DNA of 21,839 nt, taken from NCBI GenBank assembly GCA_008632985.1, contig QPGO01000080.1, forward strand, positions 372,001 to 393,839. The letters are read 5' to 3'. Each line of letters opens with the position of its first letter. The stretch's first letter is position 1. Both the position numbers and the translations under genes were made by a program. Shown piece after piece: positions 12,050-21,839 of the stretch. The stretch comes from Psammoneis japonica. Its lineage: Eukaryota. The notes beneath the pieces were generated by a model. It did no database searches. It was given only the letters and a program-made list of their open reading frames with translations, and had not been told where the DNA came from.

Positions 12050-13830
12050 CTCACAGCCTTTCTTCAACTCAAGGGTTTTCTGCCTTTTTTTCTCCATGTC
12101 AAGGGTTTCCTTTTCCTTCCTTGTGTTGGGTTCCCATGTCAGGGGTGCTTGGCATCCCAAGTGAGTTGTCCCCAAAATTCCCTTGAGTTGGCATCCCTCC
12201 ATTTGGTTGCATCATGCCAGACATTTTTTGTTTGATGACAATTTCTTGATGTCACATGATGTCATCACTGCCACAGTGTGAAGCACTCTTCTCACTGCTC
12301 TCACCCCAGCTGCTGATGTGACCATCACACTGTCAGACCATGATCACCACACTGTGGTGCCATCACAATGTGTTGGATGACATCGCTGGCACACTGTCAA
12401 ATTCATTGCTGTTTTGTGGTCTGGCACTGCCAAAGACATCAGCACCATGTCATCAGACATTTTCTTGCTCATCCACCTGGATGCATTGTTTCACATCAGC
12501 ACCATCAATGTCGGCGCTGTCAAATTGCATTGCTCATTGCAGCAAGGCAATGGGAACCTCCCTTGCTGGCTCAGTTTTCCTTGTTGATGCAACTCCCCAG
12601 CCCCAGTGTCATTTTGGGACAGACATCTGAGAAGCACTGTCTTTCACAATGGCAGGTTGACATGACATTTTGTGGTGTTGATGCCAAGTTGTTGAAGAAG
12701 CTCTTGACTGTCCTCCTCCAACTCCAGAGGAAACAGTCACTCTGGATCAGTGTCATGTGTGGTTGAGAAATGAAATTTCATGCAGAGAAAAAGAAACTTG
12801 GACTCATTTGCTGCACAAAGCCAACAAAAATGTCAAATCCAAAAACACGCACTTGTGCCAAGGCACTGTTGCTGAGTGTGTGAAGAAAAGAAGGGCTCAC
12901 CATGCCAAATGTCACCATCATTGTTGACCAAGAATTGAGGAGGCAAAGATGAAGTCAAGCAAGTTTTTGGCCCCATTGGCAGCAACAGCCTCCAATGTGC
13001 AAAAACTTCTGCTGCACATGAGCCCCCAAAAGGGTGTTGCATGGCAGGGGAGAAGCACAGGCAGGTGACACCAATGCTGAAAACAATGTGTTGTTGGTGG
13101 GCTTGAAGAGCATCCTGAATTTTATGATCCAACATCTGTCAAGAAAGATGAGATGCGTTTGCAGGATTCTGGGGGCTGTTGACCTTGAGGGGTGCCTTGT
13201 TGAAGAGCAATGCTGCCATTGATTCTTTGGTGGGATCAAGGGTTTCCAGTGGGATGAGTTCTGTGAAGATGCACTTTCTCAACAGATCAACAACATTGTC
13301 CTTGGATTGCGCATGTTGTGCATTGTCCAAAATTGATCTAGATCAATGACGATGCTGCCGCAAAGGGCATTGAAGATCTGAGTGGTGTCATCATTGCATC
13401 CGTGTGGTGCAAACACTGTGGAGATCTTGATGATGCCATCACAAGCCTGTTTCTTTGGAGTGTCAGGTGCCATGGTTGATGAGGTGCACAAAATGTTTGG
13501 TCACACAGGATTTTGGGGGCTGTCAACCTTGAGGGGTGTCTTGTTAAAGAGCAATGCAACCATCAATTCTTTGGTGGGATCAAGGGTTTCCAGTGGGATG
13601 AGTTCTGTGAAGATGCACTCCCTCAACAGATCAACAACACTGTCCTTGGATTGTGCATGTTGTGCATTGTCCAAAAATTGATCCAGATCAATGATGACAC
13701 CACCACAAAGGGCATTGAAGATCTGAGTGGTGTCATCATTGGTGCAAACACCATGAAGATCTTGCTGATGCCATCTTGAGCCTGTTTCTTTGGAGTGTCA
13801 GGTGCCATGGTTGATGAAGTGCACAAAATG
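12050..13830 (-). pseudogene. Highly degenerate coding relic of unknown product
   Basis: Protein-like minus-strand stretches (FTELIPLETLDPTKE..ALLFNK.PLKV; QFDSADIDGADVKQ) broken by TGA stops (possibly CGA->TGA) and frameshifts. Boundaries approximate. Confidence 0.3.
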
Positions 13831-13838
13831 TTTGGTCA
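13162..13838 (+). repeat. Diverged tandem duplication, ~344-bp unit (13162-13505 and 13506-~13838)
   Basis: Copies align throughout; copy 2 lacks about 9 bp (CATCATTGCATCCGTGTGGTGC vs CATCATTGGTGC). Many differences are TG/CA/TA/CG interchanges. Confidence 0.95.
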
Positions 13839-14232
13839 TGCACACGCAGAAACCTGGCATTGTTCTGCAGAGCCTGTGTGCTGATGAAAAAGTTGGGCTC
13901 AGGATCAAAAATGGTGGCCTGCTTGTTCAGCTCACAAACTGAACAAATCAAAATTGGGTTTTTGTTGCAGAGAATGACAGGATTTGAACAGGATTTAGGT
14001 GCACGCGAAATGTCGTGCGCTGTTTGGTTTGCTGCGCACAGTTTTGTGTGCTTTGGTTCCGCGCGTTCGCACACAATGCAGTTTGCTTTCGAGCCACAAG
14101 GCTCACAAGAACAATGACAGTAGCCCGATTGTACCGACTTGCACGTCTTTCGGCTCCTGCAACGGTCTCTGAGCGGAGACTCATCTGCTGTTTAGACAGC
14201 AGCAAGGAGTTGTTGTTTGAACTCTTGCCATT

Positions 14233-14358
14233 TGCCTTCAATTTCTGTCAGAGAAACAAGTGACCTGACAATGCCTTCAATTTCTGTCAGATTGACAGTC
14301 TTGCTCATTGTCAACCCATTGAGCAACCGCCATCGTCGTCGTTGATTTACCGACGACG
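14233..14358. repeat. 20-bp direct repeat followed by two hairpins
   Basis: TGCCTTCAATTTCTGTCAGA at 14233-14252 and 14272-14291; TTGCTCA..TGAGCAA at 14301-14326; CGTCGTCG..CGACGACG at 14334-14358. Confidence 0.8.
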
Positions 14359-14448
14359 CCATTTCAATTCTGCGTGCACCTCCGTGTGTGTTCTACATGC
14401 ATCGGCAAGTCTGCGCGCATTCAATGCCAGGCATCAGCAGGATTTTAA

Positions 14449-16378
14449 CGGGGACCCCCCGCAAGTCTGTACAACCATCCGATGGAGCATTTTTTGCGAG
14501 TTGAACGCAACTCTTCTCGTGTTGTCACCGCGGTGACCTTCCTTTGAAGTCTGTTGCACACCAACCTTGTTGTGGCTGTCCTGCTGGCGATCCTTTTCGA
14601 TGAATTGTTTGTTCCACTCCTGTTGCTGACATTTGGTGAAAAGGATCGCCAGCAGAAAGTGTTTTGCAACAACAACAATTGCGTCTCAATGTCACCGTCA
14701 CCAATCAGCAGCGACACCCCAAACGCCTCCAAGCCAACTCAAATGGAAGAAAAAGCCGACAAGTGGAAGCATGCAATCCCGGCAGATGATGCATGGGGCC
14801 AGCATGGAAGAAAACCAGGGTTTCAGTGCCATGGGTGAGTCGCAAAATGTCAATGTTCCTTGTCAGTGTTGCATCAACGTCTCGCATCTCACAAACGTTT
14901 GTTTGGTCGTTGCAACTGTCCTGCTGTCAATGCTTTCACATAAGTCGTTTTTTCTGCTCCTGTTGGTGACATTTGATCGAAAGGATTGATGGCAGCAGGT
15001 GTTTTTATGACAACAATTGTTTGTCTCTATGTCGCCGTCGCCAAGCCAGCGACACAAAAAACGCCTCCACCAGGTCACCCAAATGGAAGGTAAAGCCGAT
15101 GGAAAGAAATGAAGGAAGAGGCGCAAGCAAGAGACACAGAATGCCCCAAGCTGTTCCTTTGTTGACAGAGAAGTTTTGAACATGAAAATCACCACAAGCT
15201 CTGTCTTTTGTGGATTGGTGGCAACAAACAAACATGCATTCAGTCAGAGGCGCCGGAAACAAAAAAGGAAAGTCAAGATGTCTCCTGTGGGATGTTCACA
15301 ATGCCTGCCCATCAGAGAATGACAGTTTGAGGGTTTGAAACATGGTCTGAGCTGGGACAACTGCAACTAGAAACACTGCTGTTTGTCAGCATGCACAGCA
15401 TTCGCCACAACTCTGCATTCCAGGTTTTGATTCTGTGGCTCTCATCCCAGGTTGTGTCCAACAGAAAGACTCCACAGAGTGTTACATTGGTGTCTTGTGA
15501 TGGCAATTGCTACAGTGCTTGAGCAACTCCTGCACAGAGAAACACCCAACACACCAGTCGTGTTGCGTTCTCGTGGATGGGCTGACTGTGGTCGTTGTCG
15601 AACAGAAACACTCTACAAAGCATTGCGTTGGTGTCTTGTGATCATGTGTGAACAGTTGTTGCTGTGCTCAAGCAACTCCCACACAGAGAAACCGCTCTCA
15701 AGCGTCATCCTGCCGTGTGCCGGCACGCAAGGGCATGCTGCTCCACCGCAGCTCATTTGCAGAAGCAATCGACTGATCAACCAATTTCTTGCCCGATTCT
15801 TTGGATCCGCCATCATCAACAGTCTCGGAATCTGACTCAATGTGACGTGTTTCCGAATTGCCAGAAGCATCGGGAGAAGCATGACCTTTGTTCTTCTTGC
15901 ATGTGCGAGTGGCCTGCTTCTGACAAAGTCTGAATTGCCTCCACCACTGCTGCACCGTCCTTTTCCCTCGCGTTGCTGAGGAGATGTTTGTTCCCAATCC
16001 TTTGAGGAAGACACCCTTCAAAATTCTGTGCATCACAGCAACTGTGTTGGAGTTCTTCACCCGCCAGAGCAACAGCATGGTGGCACTTGCCTCTGCAGTC
16101 GTTTGCTGGGAGGGCAACTGAATTTGATGCGCCTTAGAGGCAGATGAGACATTGGACTTGTGGAGTCCTGGAAAGCCACCAGATTGCAGTGACTTCAGCA
16201 TGAGGTCACTGTCCATCCATGCACATGGAACCGCAGCTGGAAAAGCGGCAATAAGAAGCCACACGGCCTCGACAATCTCCACAGTTGGTTTGCTGTTTTT
16301 GTGATTAAAAAAACATCACGCAGCAACCACGGAGCTGAAGGAGCTACGGACAACGTACAGACTTACGGGGGGTCCCCG
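14449..16378. mobile_element. Non-autonomous TIR DNA transposon (1930 bp) flanked by TTAA
   Basis: 24-bp TIR CGGGGACCCCCCG(C/T)AAGTCTGTAC at 14449-14472 and 16355-16378 with one mismatch. TTAA at 14445-14448 and 16379-16382. A TA target with a 1-bp longer TIR fits equally well. Confidence 0.85.
14576..15099 (+). repeat. Diverged ~184-bp direct repeats within the TIR element (14576-14759, 14916-15099)
   Basis: Colinear blocks CTGTCCTGCTG, CTCCTGTTG.TGACATTTG, AAAGGAT, CAGCGACAC, AACGCCTCCA, CAAATGGAAG, AAAGCCGA at a 340-bp offset. Confidence 0.85.
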
Positions 16379-16436
16379 TTAACGTCACCGTCAAGTCTCC
16401 TTGCCGCTGGACATCTGGATTGATTGTGCTGCCTTT

Positions 16437-17016
16437 TGTCGCTGAAGACATGCATTCAACGGTCATGTCCAAGTCTATCCTTGATCCTCATCCCTTGACA
16501 TGCCCATTCAACGGTTAACGGTCAAGAACCCCACATGTTCAAGGATCTTCGTCGCTGAAGACATGCACACACACATGTCTTCACGGCCAAGAACTTGCAC
16601 CGACTCTTTGGACTGCGGCTTTGCTGCCACTCTACAAGCACACCAAGTCCACTGCACCTGATCTGCCCGGACCACTGGTGCTCTGCAGTTCTGCCAGGTC
16701 CACGAGGACGACTGTGAGAGCAAGCAGCCGTGGTTGCAGCCTGCATTGGGGCGAGGGTGTTTTCCCACGTTTGTTCGTTCGTCCACAGTGCCTGGCGCCT
16801 GCATCAACTGGCCAGCCTGATTGGGAAATCCAACCAACATAAAACAAGAACGGTTCGGGGTCTTGTCCACCTCTGGTCAGCTCACCTGCAGGGGTTTGCA
16901 ACCCGCCACTCCGCTCGCAAGCAACCCAAAGCGCCGCTGGCTGCGGGTTCGGACGTGCCGGCACAACTCTGCAGACCGGATGGGAAGTTTAGCACTCAAC
17001 AACGAATGGGGTGACA
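16437..17016 (+). repeat. Tentative 5' LTR of the downstream copia element
   Basis: TGTCGC...GTGACA inverted termini about 140 bp upstream of gag; internal repeat GTCGCTGAAGACATGCA (16438, 16551). No second LTR or recognisable PBS to confirm it. Confidence 0.3.
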
Positions 17017-17053
17017 CAGCCCGGCGACTTCTGATTTTAAGATAGTTCAAGAT

Positions 17054-17085
17054 TTCAAGTCAAGTCCATTTCAAGTCAAGTCCAT
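17054..17085 (+). repeat. Perfect 16-bp tandem duplication in the copia leader
   Basis: TTCAAGTCAAGTCCAT x2, among further TTCAAG units. Confidence 0.9.
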
Positions 17086-17157
17086 TCTCACCCAAGTTTC
17101 AAGTCCACCTTCGCGTCCCAACCAGAATCGCTTGTTCTGACACCGCTTTTGTCTGCC

Positions 17158-20100
17158 ATGGTTCTCACTTGTCAGCAACAAACTGATGGTTTCAAGCACC
17201 TTGTTGGAACCGTGCTTGCCCAAGGTGCTGGAAGCCCTCTTGGTTTGGCTTTGACCCACGACGGCACGGACTCGCATCAAGAACTCTTCACGTTCACACC
17301 GCCCCAAATCGACTCGCTTGAGTGCGACAACGGCGCTGATGTGATCCCTTTGCCCCGTGGTTGTAAGAACATGTTAGCAGCTCTAGTTAGTCTGTACATT
17401 GTCAAAGCACACAAAGGTCTTGATGTTGCCAATGACTCCTCGTTGTTCACGCATGAGGATTTCCTTGCCTGCTGCCTCAGCCCCGACTGCATGTCTTCTG
17501 TGTCCGTCGGCAGCTCGCCTCTTGCACCTCCGCACGTCACCAACCCGACCAAGGCACGTGACCTGGTGTGAGACTTCAAGCGAGGTGTCAAGCGTGACCC
17601 CACTGCTTTCACGGCTCTCAAATCCGACAAGCAGTGGCACACTTGGCACACCTCACTTGTGGCACAAGCCCGTGCCCAAGACGTTGAGTGCATTCTAGAC
17701 TCGTCGTACAAACCGACCAGCCCCAAAGACAAACTGCTCTTTGCTGAACAGCAAAAGCACATGTTCGCCGTCTTCGAACGCATCCTTCTCACTGACAAGG
17801 GCAAGGCTCTCATTCGCGAAAATGTGGGTCTTCTGACGCCCAGACCGTCTGCCGCGCCTTGTCCGAGCATGCGCTCGCCTCCACCCGCGCATCCATCGAG
17901 TCCTCCACCTTGCTCACGCACCTCACCACCGCACGTCTTGGTGATGGCACTTGGAAAGGTCTGACCCACGGGTTCATCCTTCATTGGCAGGATCAGTTGC
18001 GCAAGTGCGAGGCACTCATCCCGGCCAGTGACCACTTCTCTGAAGGACAGAAGCGTGTCATGCTCGAGAATGCCGCACATCCTGTCGAGGAACTCCGCGC
18101 CGTCAAGAACCAAGCTGATCAGCNGATCAGTTGCGCAAGTGCGAGGCACTCATCCCGGCCAGTGACCACTTCTCTGAAGACAGAAGCGTGTCATGCTCGA
18201 GAATGCCGCACATCCTGTCGAGGAACTCCGCGCCGTCAAGAACCAAGCTGATCAGCATTGCACGCAGGTGGCAAGAGCCTCACACATGATCAACATTGTG
18301 GCTTGCTCCTCTCCCGGCGGCCCAATGCAACAGCACGTTTCAACCCAAGACGACACCTCGAGCTCCCCAACGCGCCACATGCGCACACGACGTCTGCTCC
18401 GAGGAACCGTCCGACGATGTGTTCTACGACATTGACAGCGACGTTGACGTCCTTCAAGCCAATGCTGCCTGCACCCGCGGTCCCAGCCTCACCGGTGTCC
18501 AATGGAGACGTCTCCCTCCCGACCACCAACGGCTCTGGGATTCGTTGCCCGATTCCTCCAAGGCGATCATCCTTGAGCATTCTCGTCCGCCTCCCCGCAA
18601 CCCGCGAGCCAGCAACTGCCATGAGTCTGTTACGGCCAACCTTCACGACCAACGCCTTGGGAGTGACGGTGATGTCAACTTGTCCAACACGACTCCTGCT
18701 GACTCTGGTGACTCCGCTCCACATGTGGACGCCACTTCGGACAATCCCATCCTGGCGCACCTCACCAAGCGCAAGCCACTGCCACCCGGTGATCTGCAAC
18801 GTCTGTTGTCTCCTAACCAAGCCCCCAATGCCAGTCGACCGGGGCCATCCGCCGCTTCCTCTACCCCGCCAGCTTCTGCAGATGACATGGAACTTAACGG
18901 CCGCACTTGCCGCCGCGTTAACAACCACAATGTCATTTGCTCTGCCTCTGCTCATCGCTCCACACGCACTGGCGCTCTAGTCGATCGTGGGGCCAACGGC
19001 GGCATTGCTGGCGACGACGTTCGCGTCATTGCACGCACCTCTCGCCAAGTCGACGTTCAGGGCATTGACGATCATCAATTGGTGGACATCCCCATTGTCA
19101 CCGCTGGTGCCGTCATTGAGACCCAGCGTGGTCCCGTCATCGCCATCCTCCATCAGTGCGCATGCACGGGAAAGGGCAAGACCATCCATTCCTGCGGCCA
19201 GCTCGAATGGTGCAAACAGGATGTCAACGATCGCTCTGTCAAGGTGCCCAACGGCTTGCAACGCATTGCCACTCCTGATGGCTATGTCATCCCCATTGAC
19301 ATCAAGGCTGGCCTGCCTTGTGTTGCCATGCGACCTTACACTGACGCCGAATGGGACACCCTGCCCCATGTCATCCTCACCGGTGATGACACATGGGACC
19401 CTTCCGTCCTCGATCACTCTGTCACTGACGACGACCAGTGGTGCGACGCGATCTCTGACCTACAGGACGATCCCACTGCCAACCTGTTTGACGAATGCGG
19501 CAACTGCCGTCACCGTGTCGTTGTCAACGAGACCATCTTGTCCGCTTCCTTGTCTGCCGATCACGCGTCCGCCCTCGATGATCACCTCATTCCGAACGAC
19601 GACGTGTTCTACGAGTGTCATCTGCATGCGATTGACCCCAAGGGCGATGACGTTCCACCTCCGGAGCGCACTGTACAGCCCAAGGACCCCCCCTTCGAGT
19701 CTCTTCGGCCTTGCTTTGGCTTCCTACCTGCCGATGCGGTCCGTCGTACTTTTGACTGCACCACGCAGTGCGCCCGCATGCCCGCCGGTACACACCTTCG
19801 CAAGGCCTGCAAATCACCCAACCCCGCCCTTAATGTGCACCGCCGCAACGAGCCTGTCGCCACTGACACCGTTTGTGCCGACACCCCGGCCGTCGACTCT
19901 GGTTGCACCAGCGCCCAACTGTTTGTTGGCACCGAGTCTACCGTCACTGACGTCTACGGCACTAAGACGGACAAAGAGTTTGTCAACACACTCGAGGATC
20001 AGATCCGTGAACGTGGTGCCCCATCCAAACTCATTAGCGACCGTGCTCAAGTTGAGATCAGCAACAAAGTGCTCGGGATCCTACGCGCCCTCTTCATCTC

Positions 20101-21493
20101 CAGCTGGCAAAGTGAGCCTCACCAGCAACACCAAAACTTTGCCGAGCGTCGACACCAGACCGTGAAGCGCATGGCGAACACTGTCATGGATCGTTTTGGT
20201 TCGCCCGCCCACACATGGCTGCTGGCGCTCATGTGCGTGTGCTTCACACTCAACCACACAGCGTCCCCACGTCTCCACTGGCGCACGCCCCTCGAGACTC
20301 TCACTGGCTCCACCCCGGACATCAGCCCATTGCTTCGCTTTCACTGGTGGGAACCCGTGTGCTTCCACCTCGATGACTCCGATTGGCCGTCCGAATCCCG
20401 TGAGTTGCGTGGACGCTTCGTTGGCATTGCTGAGCACGTCGGCCACCAGATGACCTTCAAGATTCTCTCTGACGAGACTCAGAAGATCCTCTGCCGGTCC
20501 AACGTATGATCCGCTGCCACCGATCCTGCCGTTCGAAACCTGCGTCTTGATCCTCCTGATGGGGAGCCACCTGAACCCATCATCAAATCTCGCCATGACG
20601 ACAACCCCGTCGATTCACCTGATGGGGAGATCAGGACACCCAAGATGCCAGTTTTCGATCCGCAAGACATCATCGGACGCACCTTCCTCATGCAGCCACA
20701 AGAGGACGGACAACGCCACAGAGCTTGCATCGTCAAGGCCGTCGAAGACCACGAATGGAAAGTGAACGGCAACCCTGAGCTCACTGGGTTCATCTGCTCT
20801 GTCAACAACGACGAATGCGAGGAAGTCCTGGCCCACAACGACATCATGAATCACATTGAGCAAGAAGACGAAGACACCACTGTTTGGAAATTTCGATGCA
20901 TTGTGTCACACGAAGGACCTCTGAAGCCTCATGACCCAACCTGGAAAGGCTCAAGCTACAACATCATGCTTGAATGGGAAAGTGGGGAGATCACGTCCGA
21001 GCCTCTTGCCATCATCGCCAAGGACGACCCTGTCACCTGTGCCATCTGTGCACGAGAGAACGGACTTCTCGACACTGATGGCTGGAAGCGGTTCCGCACC
21101 ATCGCGAGGCGCCAGAAGAAGCCACTCCGCATGGCCAACCAAGCCAAGCTTCACTCCTTCCACACTGCACCTCGCTACAAGCACGGATGCGAAGTTCCCC
21201 GGAACTGCAAACACGCCATGTCACTAGACGAACACAACGGCAACCGCAAATGGGGAGACGCAACTAATCTCGAGATGGACCAACTCGATGAATATGAAGT
21301 CTTTCATGACTGCGGGCCCTCCGAGTCTTCCACTCCTCCTGCGGGACACAAGAAGATCCGAGTGCACCCAGTGTGCGACATGAAACACGACGGCCACCAC
21401 AAGGCACGACTCGCAGCCGATGGGCACCTCACGGACGCACCCATCGACAGTGTCTACTCCGGAGCAGTCTCCCTCCGTGGCCTTCGGCTGATG
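17158..21493 (+). pseudogene. gag-pol: Ty1/copia (CoDi-like) gag-pol: gag, protease, integrase, start of RT; truncated within RT
   Basis: gag FKRGVKRD..AQARAQDV..LTDKGK; protease LVDRGANGG (about 18977); integrase ATDT / ISDRA / AERR; RT KKIRVH...KHDG.HKARL.ADGHLT..VYSG.VSLR. PR-IN-RT order. In-frame TGA at 17569 and 20507; frameshifts near 17825 and 18260-18320. Confidence 0.93.
17991..18256 (+). other. 133-bp duplication around a single N (probable assembly join)
   Basis: 17991-18123 is repeated at 18125-18256 with a 1-bp deletion; N at 18124. Confidence 0.85.
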
Positions 21494-21839
21494 GACGCGT
21501 TCCAGGTCTAGGTGGGACCACGCACTGCTGAACTGTGACATCGATGGTTTTTTGAATCGCGTCGTATGTCGCGCACGTACATTTCTACGTGATTTTGGCG
21601 AAATTTTGCATCATTTTACAGTGCAATTGTCAGGCGATCCATTCAACAACTTTTAACATTTTTTTCTTCTACGCCATTCTCGAGTGTCTCAAGAATGGTG
21701 CAGGGCAGGCGCATTGTCCAAAACTTCGAGTACGAACAGAGATGTGTGCACTGCAAACTTGGCCGTTTGTTTTGTGTCAAAGACAAATGCATCCATTAAC
21801 CAGAGTGCGAACTACAGAGCTCGCACGCAGAATTCTACG

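Noticed and set aside
14233..14291. CRISPR-like repeat-spacer-repeat
   Set aside because: Only two 20-bp units with a 19-bp spacer, no cas genes, eukaryotic context.
17991..18256. Biological tandem duplication within gag
   Set aside because: Near-identical copies abut a single N, typical of an unmerged contig overlap.
18258..20165. Long alternative-frame and antisense ORFs (e.g. 18987-20165, 18290-18955; also 2481-2924, 4455-5348)
   Set aside because: Shadow ORFs of real coding frames, lengthened by loss of TAA/TAG; no recognisable motifs.
17158..21493. ADAR-like editing of retrotransposon RNA as the sole cause
   Set aside because: Both TA->TG and TA->CA occur in the same element, and DNA transposons and an intron-containing gene are affected.
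1..21839. Alternative genetic code (TGY/CAY = Tyr)
   Set aside because: TA loss also affects non-coding DNA, TIRs and Leu/Val/Ile codons, and some TAC/TAT Tyr remain, so it is mutation rather than recoding.
1..21839. Fungal RIP, bisulfite conversion or simple CpG decay as the cause
   Set aside because: These are C->T processes that create TA or leave it unchanged. Here TA is lost even where CG is abundant.

Overview
Eukaryotic, transposon-dense window, most likely from a diatom (inferred from CoDi-type Ty1/copia motifs). It is a mosaic of decayed elements. In order: a copia gag relic, a Ty3/gypsy pol fragment, a two-exon LEA-like host gene, a large P-element/THAP9-like transposase interrupted by a deleted PIF/Harbinger element (TCA target duplication), a heavily decayed middle block, a 1.9-kb TIR element flanked by TTAA, and a 3'-truncated copia gag-pol. 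The main signal is near-total erasure of the TpA dinucleotide; by manual scan there is no TA in bases 1-1247 or about 6968-8393. Conserved Tyr/Ile/Leu/Val codons are systematically replaced by Cys/His, Met/Thr, Ser/Pro and Ala, i.e. TA->TG and TA->CA on both strands. This affects retroelements, DNA transposons and a host-type gene, and it is decoupled from CpG decay. It looks like a DNA-level hypermutation process running opposite to fungal RIP, possibly a genome-defence system. I know of no description of it but cannot check the literature. Family assignments rest on recalled motifs, not database searches.
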